64,000 nt of DNA from a virus (taxonomy: Duplodnaviria; Caudoviricetes): the IMG/VR virus record IMGVR_UViG_3300028832_000095, positions 32,001 to 96,000 of that record; one strand, given 5' to 3'. Positions 19,353-29,729 of the stretch are shown one piece after another; the first letter of the stretch is position 1; each line of letters opens with the position of its first letter. The notes beneath the pieces are model-generated. The model searched no databases. It saw only the letters and a program-made list of their open reading frames with translations, and was not told the DNA's origin. The translations under genes were made by a program, and so were the position numbers.

Positions 19353-20646
19353 GATACTGAAATCAAAATCTCTGGACATTGTTTTTGATAATGATCTAAC
19401 CGAAGCACATTTTGGAGATTACTCTCCGGAATACAATTTTATATATAATCACTATAAGCAGTATGGTAATGTTCCGGACAATGAAACATTTTTAGATAAT
19501 TTTGAGGACTTCAAAATCCTTGATGTAGAAGAAAGTGACAGTTATCTAATAGATAAAATAAATGAAGACTACCAATACAGAGTTCTTGTTCCGGTTATCA
19601 ACAAAGCTGCGGAACTGACAAAAACAGATTCCATTGAAGCCGTGGATTATCTTAAATCAATGTTAGCTCAGATTCAAATTCTTAATGCCACAGAAGGAGT
19701 AGATATTATTTCTCAGGCAGAATTAAGACTTGAAATGTATATAAAGAAAAGAAACTCCAAAGAACCTTGGATGCGTCCAACAGGTTTCAAGGAACTTGAT
19801 GAAGCTATCGGAGGATTAAGTCCGGGTGAAGAATTCCTTGTTATCGTAGCTAGAACTAATAATGGTAAATCTTGGATTCTTACAAAAATTCTGGAACATA
19901 ACTGGAAGATCGGAGGTAATGTAGGATATATAAGTCCTGAAATGAGTGCCGAATCTGTTGGATACAGATTCGATTCACTGAATGAGCATTTCTCTAATTT
20001 TGCTTTGTATGCTGGTAGGGAAGTTGAAAATTATGAACAATATATTAAAGATTTAAAAGAAAAGTCAAAAAACAAATTCATAGTAGCAACACCTCTTGAC
20101 TTCAATAAGAAAATAACTGTATCAAAACTAAGAAAATTCTGTTTGCGTAATAAATTGGATATTCTTGGTATTGACGGTATCACATACCTTACGGATGAAA
20201 GATATCACAAAGGGGATAATAAAACAACATCACTAACAAATATCAGTGAGGACTTAATGAGTCTTAGTTGTGAATTAAAAATACCTATTATTGCAGTTGT
20301 TCAGGCAAACAGATCTGGTGTTGAGGAAGATGGCAGTGTTCCGTCTTTGGAGAGTATTCGTGATTCAGATGGTATCTCACATAATGCATCAAAAGTTTTG
20401 TCTATAAGACAACAGAATAATAAACTTAAAATGGAAGTCACAAAAGCTAGAAACTGTAAGGTAGGAACAAAACTTTGCTATGATTGGACTATTGATACAG
20501 GTGAATTTTCATATAACGCTAGTCCGGAAGAGTATTCAGAATCATCAAAAACTGAATCTAGGTATTCAAGACATAACAATAATGAGGAAGTTGAAAATAA
20601 ACAACCTATAATGCCAAGACGAGGTGGATCACAGACACCATTCTAA
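19327..20646 (+). CDS. dnaB: Replicative DnaB-like helicase
   Basis: PTGFKELDEAIGG, ARTNNGKS, SPEMS, IDGITYL, QANR, KARN. Confidence 0.9.
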   Translation: MVQAQIISKILKSKSLDIVFDNDLTEAHFGDYSPEYNFIYNHYKQYGNVPDNETFLDNFEDFKILDVEESDSYLIDKINEDYQYRVLVPVINKAAELTKTDSIEAVDYLKSMLAQIQILNATEGVDIISQAELRLEMYIKKRNSKEPWMRPTGFKELDEAIGGLSPGEEFLVIVARTNNGKSWILTKILEHNWKIGGNVGYISPEMSAESVGYRFDSLNEHFSNFALYAGREVENYEQYIKDLKEKSKNKFIVATPLDFNKKITVSKLRKFCLRNKLDILGIDGITYLTDERYHKGDNKTTSLTNISEDLMSLSCELKIPIIAVVQANRSGVEEDGSVPSLESIRDSDGISHNASKVLSIRQQNNKLKMEVTKARNCKVGTKLCYDWTIDTGEFSYNASPEEYSESSKTESRYSRHNNNEEVENKQPIMPRRGGSQTPF

Positions 20647-20662
20647 CTATTGGAGGATTATT

Positions 20663-20935
20663 ATGAAGGGCGTTAAAATAGTACCAAAGAAATTTTCAAA
20701 GCAGTACCTTAAAGATCACAGCAATATGATTTTCAAAAATCGTGAATTGATTGTTGAAGAAGAAAAAGGAACAGATAAAGATTCCACAGTTCTTCGGTTT
20801 AAGATCGGTGATGGTGTAACACCTTATTACTCCTTAAAGTATGCATCTTCTTTATATGCTCTGTTCCCTGAAATTGTTTTCTACGATGAAGGTTATGATA
20901 ATTACATTGCAGTTGATTTTGGTGGTGAGAAGTAA
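20663..20935 (+). CDS. Hypothetical protein
   Basis: GGAGG RBS; inside the operon. Confidence 0.6.
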   Translation: MKGVKIVPKKFSKQYLKDHSNMIFKNRELIVEEEKGTDKDSTVLRFKIGDGVTPYYSLKYASSLYALFPEIVFYDEGYDNYIAVDFGGEK

Positions 20936-21952
20936 GTGTTTACAGCTTTTGGTCAACCAATATTAGCGGATGAAATGGATGTCTTGATTGAACTGAGAGA
21001 TCAGTTAAATCTAAATGGGATTGACAGACTTCGATATATGAGGAGACTTCCAAACAGTATTCAAGTGTCGTGCCCATTTCATAAAGGTGGTCAAGAAACA
21101 AATCCGTCATGTGGAATAACAACCACTGATATTAAAAAAGGTGATAGAATAGTCAAAGCAGGTTCCGTTCATTGCTTTACTTGTGGATATATTTCTACAC
21201 TTGAAGAAATGATTAGTAGGATGTTTGGTCGGGAGGATTTTGGAGCTTTTGGAGCGCAGTGGTTAAGAAAGAATTTTTTAACTGTTGAATATGAATCAAG
21301 ACCGGATATTACATTAGATATGTCAAGATCATCGAAAAGCACAAAAGAAGAAATAAAATATGTCTCAGAAGAAGAATTAGATAAATATAGATACACTCAC
21401 CCTTATATGTATAAGAGAAAACTAACAGATGAAGTTATTGATATGTTTGATGTTGGATACGATTCTGACTTTGAGTTGAAAACGAAGAACGGAGTTAGGA
21501 ATATCAAGTGTGTTACATTTCCGGTAAGAGATGAAACTGGTGAAACCTTGTTTGTAGCTAGAAGATCCGTTGAAGGTAAATTCTTTAATTATCCTAGTGG
21601 GGTTCTAAAACCTATTTATGGTATATACGAGCTTTCAAAATTAGATACTTTTCCGGATGAGATTATTATATGCGAATCTATATTCAATTGTCTAACGTGT
21701 TGGGTATATGGTAAATATGCAGTAGCATTAAATGGAACAGGATCTTCCACTCAATATGAACAGTTATTGAAAATGCCAAATCGAAAATTTATTCTCGGTC
21801 TTGATCCAGATAAGGCAGGAAATTCAGGAAGAAGGAAGTTACACGATCATTTAGGCAAAACAAAAGTTATCACAGATTTAATAATACCTAACGGAAAGGA
21901 TATCAATGATTTAAGCAAGGAAGAATTTGAAAATTTAGAAGAAATTTTTTGA
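20936..21952 (+). CDS. dnaG: DNA primase (CHC2 zinc finger + TOPRIM)
   Basis: CPFH...HCFTCG, IICES, LDPDKAG, KDINDL. Confidence 0.9.
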   Translation: MFTAFGQPILADEMDVLIELRDQLNLNGIDRLRYMRRLPNSIQVSCPFHKGGQETNPSCGITTTDIKKGDRIVKAGSVHCFTCGYISTLEEMISRMFGREDFGAFGAQWLRKNFLTVEYESRPDITLDMSRSSKSTKEEIKYVSEEELDKYRYTHPYMYKRKLTDEVIDMFDVGYDSDFELKTKNGVRNIKCVTFPVRDETGETLFVARRSVEGKFFNYPSGVLKPIYGIYELSKLDTFPDEIIICESIFNCLTCWVYGKYAVALNGTGSSTQYEQLLKMPNRKFILGLDPDKAGNSGRRKLHDHLGKTKVITDLIIPNGKDINDLSKEEFENLEEIF

Positions 21953-21970
21953 AAAATTTTCAAAAAACAC

Positions 21971-21999
21971 TTGACAAATCAAAAAAAGTATGTTATAAT
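21971..21999 (+). promoter_or_regulatory. Sigma-A-type promoter
   Basis: TTGACA-17bp-TATAAT with TG. Confidence 0.9.
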
Positions 22000-22061
22000 A
22001 TATTTACAGTAAAACACAGAAACCAAAAACCATAAAACCATAAAACAGGAGGAAAACGAAA

Positions 22062-22376
22062 ATGACTAACACAAAGACTTCCAATCAGGTAATCACCATT
22101 ACTGATACTGAACTTCTTAAAGTAGTTGAGGAGTATCAGTCCTACAAGAATCTCATTGACGAAGCTACGGCAATTGTCAAGGAACTTGGTGCTAAGATCA
22201 CCGAAGCCGTAGAAAACAGTGGAACAAATACAATCAATGTCGGATGCCACAAGGTATCGCTTTCTAAGTATACCAGAGAGAGTGTTTCGGCAAAGGATGT
22301 TAAAGCACTTGTTTCCGCAGAAGTCTTTGAGAAGTTAGTTTCAAGAACTATGACCACAAGGCTTACTGTGAAATAA
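22062..22376 (+). CDS. Hypothetical early protein
   Basis: Consensus promoter, AAACC-repeat leader, AGGAGG RBS. Confidence 0.7.
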   Translation: MTNTKTSNQVITITDTELLKVVEEYQSYKNLIDEATAIVKELGAKITEAVENSGTNTINVGCHKVSLSKYTRESVSAKDVKALVSAEVFEKLVSRTMTTRLTVK

Positions 22377-22460
22377 CAGTAAGCCTTTTTTCATTGGTAT
22401 ATTCTGCTTAAGCAGTTTATATAAATCAAAACATTAAAAATTAGAAAGGGCGTATGAAAC

Positions 22461-23153
22461 ATGAAGTTCAATGCAAAAAACGATTTGGAGAAGTATGCAC
22501 CGGATCAAACTGGTTATTTCTCCCTGAAGGATGACGGAGACTCTTGCAGAGTTCGTTTCCTTTATGAATCTCTTGATGATGTGGAAGGATATTGTGTTCA
22601 CAGAGTCAAAGATAAGTATGGCAATTTCAAGTATGTGAATTGCATTAGAGATTACAGCGATCCACTTGATGTTTGTCCATGCTGTTCTTCTACAGAAGAT
22701 GCTGACAGAAAGACAATTACAAAGTTCTGGATCCCTCTTTACAAAGTAGACGAACACGAAGCGGTTCTTTGGGATCGTGGTAAGGCAATGTATAAACAGC
22801 TTGCAACCCTTATGGTTGAAAAAGGTGGAGCACCGTTCTGTGGTCACATATTTACTATTGAAAGACATGGAAAAGCAGGTGATTTTGATACAACATACGA
22901 GATCATTGATGAGGGTGTAGATGAAACTGTTTTGGATGATATTCTCGAAGAAATTGAATCTATTCCAACACCGGAAGGTTCTCTTCTTATGGATATTGAT
23001 TATGATGCAATGAAGAAGTTTGTGGAAACTCGTAGCTTTGCTTCAAATTCTGATTCTAGTGATGTGCCGGAAGATATTCCAATTCGGCGTAGAGAAAGAT
23101 CCACAAATGACGATATTCCAAGACGGCGCGGAATTCAAAGACCTGATACCTAA
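22461..23153 (+). CDS. Single-stranded DNA-binding protein (gp32-like)
   Basis: YFSLKDDGDSCRVRFL..H..C...CPCC zinc motif; IERHG..DTTYEI; charged low-complexity tail; upstream of the polymerase. Confidence 0.7.
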   Translation: MKFNAKNDLEKYAPDQTGYFSLKDDGDSCRVRFLYESLDDVEGYCVHRVKDKYGNFKYVNCIRDYSDPLDVCPCCSSTEDADRKTITKFWIPLYKVDEHEAVLWDRGKAMYKQLATLMVEKGGAPFCGHIFTIERHGKAGDFDTTYEIIDEGVDETVLDDILEEIESIPTPEGSLLMDIDYDAMKKFVETRSFASNSDSSDVPEDIPIRRRERSTNDDIPRRRGIQRPDT

Positions 23154-23165
23154 TGGTGAACTATT

Positions 23166-25538
23166 ATGGCAGGGTTCTTTGGTTTAAGCTCTGCAAGGTC
23201 TACAAAGAAACGTGATCAGAAGTTAGCAAAATCAGCTTCTAAAACAGTACAGAGTTCCACTGCCGTTAAAATAAAGGGCAGTGGAACACTATTAGATAAA
23301 ATACAAGCAATCAAATCACTTGTAAAGTCTAAGTTTGAGGGTAAAGAGGATGAATTAAAACTAATCGTCACGGAAGCAGATCTTAAAGAGTATATTGATA
23401 AAAGTATAGAAAATGGAGTAATAAGTATAGATACTGAAACAACAGGTCTTGATCCAATACTAGATCAACTTGTAGGTATTTGCATTTATACTCCAGGTCT
23501 TAAAGCAGCATATATCCCGGTAAACCATATAAGTTATATCACACAAATCAAGTGTGAGAATCAACTTCCAGTTGAAATACTCACAAAGTATTTTCAGATG
23601 CTTGTTGATGAAAATGTCAAAACTATATGGTTTAATGCACCCTTTGATATTCGATTTTTAGGAAATCATATCAATGTTTGGTTCACGGCATATTTCGATA
23701 CTTCTATAGCATCTAAATGTTTGAACAGTGCCGAACCAGAAGGTTCTAGAACACTCAAAGCCCTACACAAGAAATATTGCTGGGGAAACAGAGGAGAAGC
23801 CTTAACATTCGGAAAACTGTTTGAGAATATTCCATTCAATCTAGTTCCAATAGATGTTGCATATTTATATGCGGCAAGTGATGCTATTTATACATATGAA
23901 TTGTATGAATTTCAGGCACAGTATCTGGAACCAGATGGAATATATTATGAATCTCATAATATGCAAAGACTTTCTTCTTTGTTCTTTAATGTAGAGATGA
24001 AGTCTATGGTAACATTTATATCTATGGAGCAACAAGGTGTTTGTTTTGATTATGATCATGCAAAGAAACTTTCTGAGCAATATCATGAATTAGCCGATAA
24101 GGTAGAACAGAACCTCAATACTGTTTGTGAACCATATATGAATAAGATAAATGATTATCGTAGGACACATCCTAATTGTAAACTAACAGATCCAATCAAT
24201 TTTGGTAGCCCAACACAATTAGCAATAATTCTGTATGATATCTTAGGAATGAAATCTCCGGATGTTAAAAACCCAAGAGGAACAGGTGTTGACATACTAG
24301 AACAGATGGATCATCCTTTGTGTAAGGCAGTTTTGGATAATAGAGCCTTTTCCAAAGTTCTTAGCACTTATATTGATAAACTTCCAGAGGAAGCATCAAA
24401 GTATCCGGATAAACGAATACATTGTAAGTTTAATCAGTATGGTGCAGATACTGGTCGTGTTTCTTCCAATTCACCTAATCTACAGAATATCCCTAGTAAT
24501 CCTTTTGTTCTTAGTGATGGAACAAAGATTGATTCGGGTCACGATGTAAGACAGTTGTTTACCGCAACCCCTGGTTATGTTTTACTTTCTTGTGACTATT
24601 CTGGACAGGAAGTAAGAGTTACCGCACATCTAAGTAATGACCAAAAAATGATAAAGGCATACCAAGATGGTAAAGATGTTTATTCTGAAATAGCAGCGCT
24701 TGCATTTAATACCACCTACGAAGAGTGTTGTGAGTACAGACCTGATGGAACTGCTAATCCAGACGGAAAAAAACGTAGAGGAGAATCGAAGAAAATTGTT
24801 CTTGGAATTCTTTATGGACGTGGTATTCCTTCTATTGCAGAACAATTAGGAAAGTCTGTTCAGGATGCACAAAAAATCTATGATAAAGTTCTTTCAAAAT
24901 TTGAAGGTCTTGCTAAGTTTATTTCTGATTCCGAAGATATGGCCAGGGAACTAGGTTATGTTGAAACCGTATGGGGTAGAAGGCGTCAACTCCCAGATAT
25001 GCAATTACCTTATTATGAGTTTTCTTATAAGAGTGGGTATAATCCAGACTTTGATCCTCTTAATGACGATGTTGAAATGTCTTCGGAAGTTCCAGAAGAT
25101 GTTGTAAGAACATTAACTAAAAAACTCTTGAATTGTCGGAGTTGGAAACAAAGGGAATCGTTAAAAGAGCAAATCAGAAATCAGGGTATTAACATAAAGG
25201 ATAATAGCTCTTTTATAGCTCAGGCACAAAGGCAGTGTGTTAATGCAAGAGTTCAGGGGTCTAGTGCAGATTTGACAAAACTAGCACAGATAGAACTTTA
25301 CAATAATCAAGAACTTAAAGATCTTGGTTTTCGAATGTTAATTCCAGTACACGATGAAATCATCGCTGAGTGTCCTGTTGAAAATGTAAAAAGATGTTCT
25401 GAGTTAATGAGTTATTGTATGGTTCACGCAGGAAAGGATCTTTGTGTTCCCCTTAAATGTGATGTGGCACTATTTAAGAGTTGGTACGGAAAAGAATTAA
25501 GTGTTGAAGAAGTTCTGGAACAGTTGGGGAGTGATTAA
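23166..25538 (+). CDS. polA: DNA polymerase, family A, with 3'-5' exonuclease
   Basis: IDTETTGLD, YAASDA, TGRVSSNSPNLQNIP, DYSGQEVR, K..VLGILYG, VHDEI. Confidence 0.95.
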   Translation: MAGFFGLSSARSTKKRDQKLAKSASKTVQSSTAVKIKGSGTLLDKIQAIKSLVKSKFEGKEDELKLIVTEADLKEYIDKSIENGVISIDTETTGLDPILDQLVGICIYTPGLKAAYIPVNHISYITQIKCENQLPVEILTKYFQMLVDENVKTIWFNAPFDIRFLGNHINVWFTAYFDTSIASKCLNSAEPEGSRTLKALHKKYCWGNRGEALTFGKLFENIPFNLVPIDVAYLYAASDAIYTYELYEFQAQYLEPDGIYYESHNMQRLSSLFFNVEMKSMVTFISMEQQGVCFDYDHAKKLSEQYHELADKVEQNLNTVCEPYMNKINDYRRTHPNCKLTDPINFGSPTQLAIILYDILGMKSPDVKNPRGTGVDILEQMDHPLCKAVLDNRAFSKVLSTYIDKLPEEASKYPDKRIHCKFNQYGADTGRVSSNSPNLQNIPSNPFVLSDGTKIDSGHDVRQLFTATPGYVLLSCDYSGQEVRVTAHLSNDQKMIKAYQDGKDVYSEIAALAFNTTYEECCEYRPDGTANPDGKKRRGESKKIVLGILYGRGIPSIAEQLGKSVQDAQKIYDKVLSKFEGLAKFISDSEDMARELGYVETVWGRRRQLPDMQLPYYEFSYKSGYNPDFDPLNDDVEMSSEVPEDVVRTLTKKLLNCRSWKQRESLKEQIRNQGINIKDNSSFIAQAQRQCVNARVQGSSADLTKLAQIELYNNQELKDLGFRMLIPVHDEIIAECPVENVKRCSELMSYCMVHAGKDLCVPLKCDVALFKSWYGKELSVEEVLEQLGSD

Positions 25539-26423
25539 GTGGGATTTGACATTTATTTTGCTGGAAGTCAAAATAAACTTGCCGAAGATTATATGATGAA
25601 TAATGGTTGTAATAGACTTCTTTCCTATTACAGTGATAAATCTATTATTAAATCTTGGGTGGATTTCAAAAAGTCTACCCAAGATACCACAAACAAGTTA
25701 TTTATAGACTGTGGTGCCTATACGGCATTTACTCAAGGTGTTACAATAGATATAGATAATTATATTCAGTATATAAATAATATTATTGATTATATTGATA
25801 TATTTGCGAGTTTGGATATTATTGGGGGTGGGGATGTTCAGGACTCGGATAAGAAAAGTTACGACAACTATTTATACATAAAAGAACATTGTAAAGGTAA
25901 GCATAAATTACTTCCCACATATCACCAGGGGGATGATATTCAATATTTGTATAAGTATTTAGAGGATGATGATATTGATTATATTGCTCTGGGAGGTTTA
26001 GTAGGAAGTACAAAAGGTGTTCTTGATAACTTTTTTCAAACTTGTTATAAAGTTATACAAAAAGTAAGACCCGGAATTAAGGTTCATGCATTTGGTATGA
26101 CTTCAAAACCTCTTTTAAAATCCTACCCATTTAAAAGTGCTGATTCCACAGCGTGGATTATGACAAGTGCCAATGGAGGTATAATGTCACCTTGGGGAGT
26201 TATCAATATTAGTGAAAAACAAGATCATTTGGTAAAAAATTATGCCAATATGCGGAAAGAGGAACAAGAACAGGTTCAACAGTATTTACAGTCTCTTGGT
26301 TTTACTGTTCAACAATGTATGGAAGATTATAAAATAAGGTGTCTCGTTAATATTATGTATTTACAACAATTCGCAGATAACCATGAACGTAAATTAAAGG
26401 GTTTAAAAAAATCCTTATTTTGA
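25539..26423 (+). CDS. dpdA: TGT-fold DNA 7-deazaguanine transglycosylase (DpdA-like)
   Basis: FIDCGAYT, LDIIG, PTYH, IALGGLV, VHAFG, SADST motifs; adjacent to preQ0 synthesis genes and the polymerase. Confidence 0.75.
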   Translation: MGFDIYFAGSQNKLAEDYMMNNGCNRLLSYYSDKSIIKSWVDFKKSTQDTTNKLFIDCGAYTAFTQGVTIDIDNYIQYINNIIDYIDIFASLDIIGGGDVQDSDKKSYDNYLYIKEHCKGKHKLLPTYHQGDDIQYLYKYLEDDDIDYIALGGLVGSTKGVLDNFFQTCYKVIQKVRPGIKVHAFGMTSKPLLKSYPFKSADSTAWIMTSANGGIMSPWGVINISEKQDHLVKNYANMRKEEQEQVQQYLQSLGFTVQQCMEDYKIRCLVNIMYLQQFADNHERKLKGLKKSLF

Positions 26424-26435
26424 AAGGAGCTTTTT

Positions 26436-27692
26436 ATGTGTACTATTTGTGGTGGAACTGCCCTAAATGAAAACTTTCTTCCTATATTTCAAACATCCCT
26501 AGATCGCGGCCGAGATTATAGTAATGTTTTTTATAGAAAAGGAAGTTGGATTTGTAACCACCGGGCAGTTCCTACAACTGAAGTTGAGAACGCAGAATTT
26601 AACCAACCTTTCGGAACTGATTATAAAATAGTGCATAATGGAACTATTAGCAACGATAAAGAATTAGGTAACCCGGACGGTATGATTGATAGTTATATTT
26701 TTAGTAAAGTTCTTGACTTTACAAATATCCATTCACTTAGGGATAGTTTATATAAAGTGGTGGGAGCCTATGCCCTTGGAATTCTAAGACCAGATGGAAA
26801 TTTTTATTTGGCCTGTAATTATAAACCCATTTTTTATACATACGATAAACAAGGAAGTTTTTATTTTAGTTCCTACGAACATCATCTAAGCTCCGTTGGG
26901 GACGTTAAGAGAGTTCCTCCCTATTCAGTAATGGATTCTAAAACAGGGGAGATCGTAAGTATTAAAAGGGATATTCAGGATAGGGCCATTGTTATCGCCT
27001 CTGCCGGTTTGGATAGTACCGCGGTAGCGGCGTATGCCTGTGCCACACATAAAGAAGTGACTTTATTGCACTATAATTATGGTTGTTTGGCGGAAACACC
27101 TGAATTGATTCGAATTAAAAAGATTCAGGAATCCCTCAACCACACATATGGAAATTGTTCTTTATATGTAATGGATTTGGACCTACATTTTATGGCTCAT
27201 GCTAGTACAATTTTAGACGGTAAAGAAAACATTGCAGAAAGTGTTTCTGGAAGTGAATATGCCCATGAGTGGGTTCCTGCCCGTAACCTTATTATGATGT
27301 CAATGGCCGTGGGGTATGCGGAAGCAAATAATTTTAGTTATATTTACCTTGGTACAAACCTCGAGGAGTCCGGGGCATACCCAGACAATGAGGAACAGTT
27401 CATTAAAGACTTTAATAGATGCTTGTATGGGGCTGTTCAGAATGGTAAATATGTTGAAATTAGAACTCCTGTGGGTAATTTAATGAAACATGAAATTATT
27501 CCATTTGGTCTTAAATATAAGGCACCTTTTGAGCATACCTGGTCTTGTTATAGAAACGGGGATAAAGCCTGTGGACATTGTGGACCTTGTTTTATGAGAC
27601 AGAAAGCATTCTTCCGAAACGGTTTAGTAGATCCTATTGAATATGAAGAGCGTTTAGATTTTGAGGATAAGGAAAAAGATTATGCTAAATGA
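26436..27692 (+). CDS. queC: Gat-QueC fusion (class II glutamine amidotransferase + 7-cyano-7-deazaguanine synthase)
   Basis: N-terminal MCTICG, HRAVPT, VHNGTI, DS (Ntn-GAT); SAGLDST, VPARNLI, YPD, TWSCY..CGHCGPC (QueC). Confidence 0.9.
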   Translation: MCTICGGTALNENFLPIFQTSLDRGRDYSNVFYRKGSWICNHRAVPTTEVENAEFNQPFGTDYKIVHNGTISNDKELGNPDGMIDSYIFSKVLDFTNIHSLRDSLYKVVGAYALGILRPDGNFYLACNYKPIFYTYDKQGSFYFSSYEHHLSSVGDVKRVPPYSVMDSKTGEIVSIKRDIQDRAIVIASAGLDSTAVAAYACATHKEVTLLHYNYGCLAETPELIRIKKIQESLNHTYGNCSLYVMDLDLHFMAHASTILDGKENIAESVSGSEYAHEWVPARNLIMMSMAVGYAEANNFSYIYLGTNLEESGAYPDNEEQFIKDFNRCLYGAVQNGKYVEIRTPVGNLMKHEIIPFGLKYKAPFEHTWSCYRNGDKACGHCGPCFMRQKAFFRNGLVDPIEYEERLDFEDKEKDYAK

Positions 27693-28068
27693 TAGGGATA
27701 AAAAAGATATAACTCCAGAAAAGGTATATGTAACATGGGATGATGTTGAAGAGTTCATAACTTGTGCATCTTCTTATCTAGGATTAGAAGCATTTTCTAA
27801 ATCCTATACAGGTGTATATGGACCTGCCCGAGGAGGACTTATATTTGCAGTTATACTTTCTAATAGGTTTAATCTTCCTTTTCTTGGGGCACCTCAGGTG
27901 GGTTGCATTTGTGTTGATGACATCTGTGATACAGGAGATACAGCCTTAGCATGGAGAAATAAGGGATATACTATTGCCACTATGTTTTATAAGAAAGGTG
28001 CTAAGGTTACTCCTGATTATTGGGCGAAAGAAAAAGAAGATAAGTGGATTGTATTCCCTTGGGAGTGA
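27682..28068 (+). CDS. Type I phosphoribosyltransferase, Gpt (xanthine-guanine PRT)-like
   Basis: VTWDDV, RGGL, VDDICDTGDT (PRPP-binding) and WIVFPWE. Confidence 0.8.
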   Translation: MLNDRDKKDITPEKVYVTWDDVEEFITCASSYLGLEAFSKSYTGVYGPARGGLIFAVILSNRFNLPFLGAPQVGCICVDDICDTGDTALAWRNKGYTIATMFYKKGAKVTPDYWAKEKEDKWIVFPWE

Positions 28069-28074
28069 ATTATT

Positions 28075-28554
28075 ATGTATAATGATAATATTATGAAGAC
28101 TACATCTAAGCATGCTTTGCTTGGATGTAGTCACAATAAAGGTGGACCTTTTGGTGCTTGTGTGGTAAAGGACGGAAATATTGTTTCACTTGATTATAAT
28201 TCTGTTTTAGTAGATAAAGATCCAACGGCTCATGCTGAGGTGAATGCAATAAGAAATGCTTCTAAAAAACTAGAAACATACGATCTTTCCGACTGTGAAT
28301 TATATGCAACAGGTTATCCTTGTCCAATGTGTTTAGGAGCTATAATGTGGGCAGGTATTAAGAAAGTATATGTTAGTGGATTACTTGAAGATGCCGAAAA
28401 GATTGGGTTTAAAGATAAAATTATATACGAGACTATTGACAATCTGAAAGATTTATGTTATAATACAAATAACTTAGAGCTAGAGTTTGTTGATAGAAGC
28501 ATAGCACAAACTCTATACGATAAGTACGAAAAACAAAAAGGAATTATTTATTAA
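28075..28554 (+). CDS. guaD: Guanine deaminase (GuaD, cytidine-deaminase fold)
   Basis: GGPFGA, DPTAHAEVNAIR, PCPMCLGAIMWA, GFKD..IY and C-terminal Tyr, as in B. subtilis GuaD. Confidence 0.8.
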   Translation: MYNDNIMKTTSKHALLGCSHNKGGPFGACVVKDGNIVSLDYNSVLVDKDPTAHAEVNAIRNASKKLETYDLSDCELYATGYPCPMCLGAIMWAGIKKVYVSGLLEDAEKIGFKDKIIYETIDNLKDLCYNTNNLELEFVDRSIAQTLYDKYEKQKGIIY

Positions 28555-28565
28555 GGAGGTTTACC

Positions 28566-29024
28566 ATGAGTCGAATTAGTGTTTGTAGACACGTTGACTT
28601 CGAAGCAGCCCATATGTTAGAGGGGTATGTTGGTGGGTGCGGTTCCTGCCATGGACACTCGTATGGATTGGAAATTATTATTTCCTGTCCAGAATCTTCC
28701 AGAAAGGAAGGAAGATTTGGGTTTGTTTTAGACTTTAAGGAACTTGACAAAGTAATCAAAGAAAATGTTCCAGATCATATGTTTATGTTTAACGAAAATT
28801 GTAAAGAAGGTTCTGTCGAATATCAGATTGTTCAGATTCTTAAATCAAACAATCTCAGAACATGGGGATTTACTGATGTTCCATCTGCCGAGAATATGGT
28901 AGAGGAATTAGCATTTAACTTCCAAAGAGTGTTTGACTTATTTTATCCAGACTTACAAATCACGGTGGATGAACTTAGACTTTGGGAAACTAAGAACTCA
29001 CACGCTATATGGAAGAGGGGATAA
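28566..29024 (+). CDS. queD: 6-carboxy-5,6,7,8-tetrahydropterin synthase
   Basis: FEAAH, C..CHGHSY, LDF, DH, SAEN, LWET. Confidence 0.9.
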   Translation: MSRISVCRHVDFEAAHMLEGYVGGCGSCHGHSYGLEIIISCPESSRKEGRFGFVLDFKELDKVIKENVPDHMFMFNENCKEGSVEYQIVQILKSNNLRTWGFTDVPSAENMVEELAFNFQRVFDLFYPDLQITVDELRLWETKNSHAIWKRG

Positions 29025-29027
29025 CAC

Positions 29028-29729
29028 ATGAAAATAACAGAGTTATTCAAATCAATCGAAGGGGAAGGTATTAGAACTGGAAGAGTGTGTACTTTTGTCA
29101 GGAGTTTTGGATGTCCCCTCCGTTGCATCTACTGTGATTCTATGTACTCTAATGAAATAACTCCCGATCAAATCATACTGGATATGAGTGTTGAGGAGAT
29201 TGTAAACGAGTGTAAAAGAATGAAAACCCCTTATGTAACACTCACCGGTGGAGAGCCCTTAATTCAACCTGAAATAAATGAACTTATAGAATCCTTATTG
29301 GAAAATGGCTTTGAAGTTAATATAGAAACAAGTGGAGCTTGCGATATATCGACAGTACACGAATATCTTGCAAAAAAGAAAAAACATCCTCTTATGGATA
29401 AACTCATATTTACAGTAGATTATAAATCTTATTCCAGCAAATGTACTGGTATGATGATCATTGATAATTTCCTGAAACATATCCGGCCAACAGATGTTGT
29501 TAAATTTGTAGTAGGTTCTAAACAGGATCTGGATCAAATGAAGCACGTCGTAGAACTTATACAGGATTCTAAAAAGGAGTTTCAACCACATTTTTATGTA
29601 AGTCCTATTTTTGGAATGATTGAGCCTAAGGAGATTGTAGAGTACCTAAAAGAAAACGATCTTTTTGATGTTCAAGCTCAATTGCAAATTCATAAATTCA
29701 TTTGGGATAAAAATATGAAAGGAGTTTGA
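29028..29729 (+). CDS. queE: 7-carboxy-7-deazaguanine synthase (radical SAM)
   Basis: [34 protein letters not shown]. Confidence 0.92.
   Translation: MKITELFKSIEGEGIRTGRVCTFVRSFGCPLRCIYCDSMYSNEITPDQIILDMSVEEIVNECKRMKTPYVTLTGGEPLIQPEINELIESLLENGFEVNIETSGACDISTVHEYLAKKKKHPLMDKLIFTVDYKSYSSKCTGMMIIDNFLKHIRPTDVVKFVVGSKQDLDQMKHVVELIQDSKKEFQPHFYVSPIFGMIEPKEIVEYLKENDLFDVQAQLQIHKFIWDKNMKGV

Noticed and set aside
25539-26423. TGT acting on tRNA (queuosine) rather than DNA
   Set aside because: No QueF/QueA, no obvious C-terminal zinc-binding motif of tRNA TGTs, and it abuts polA; DNA is the more likely substrate, although tRNA-Asn(GUU) is present
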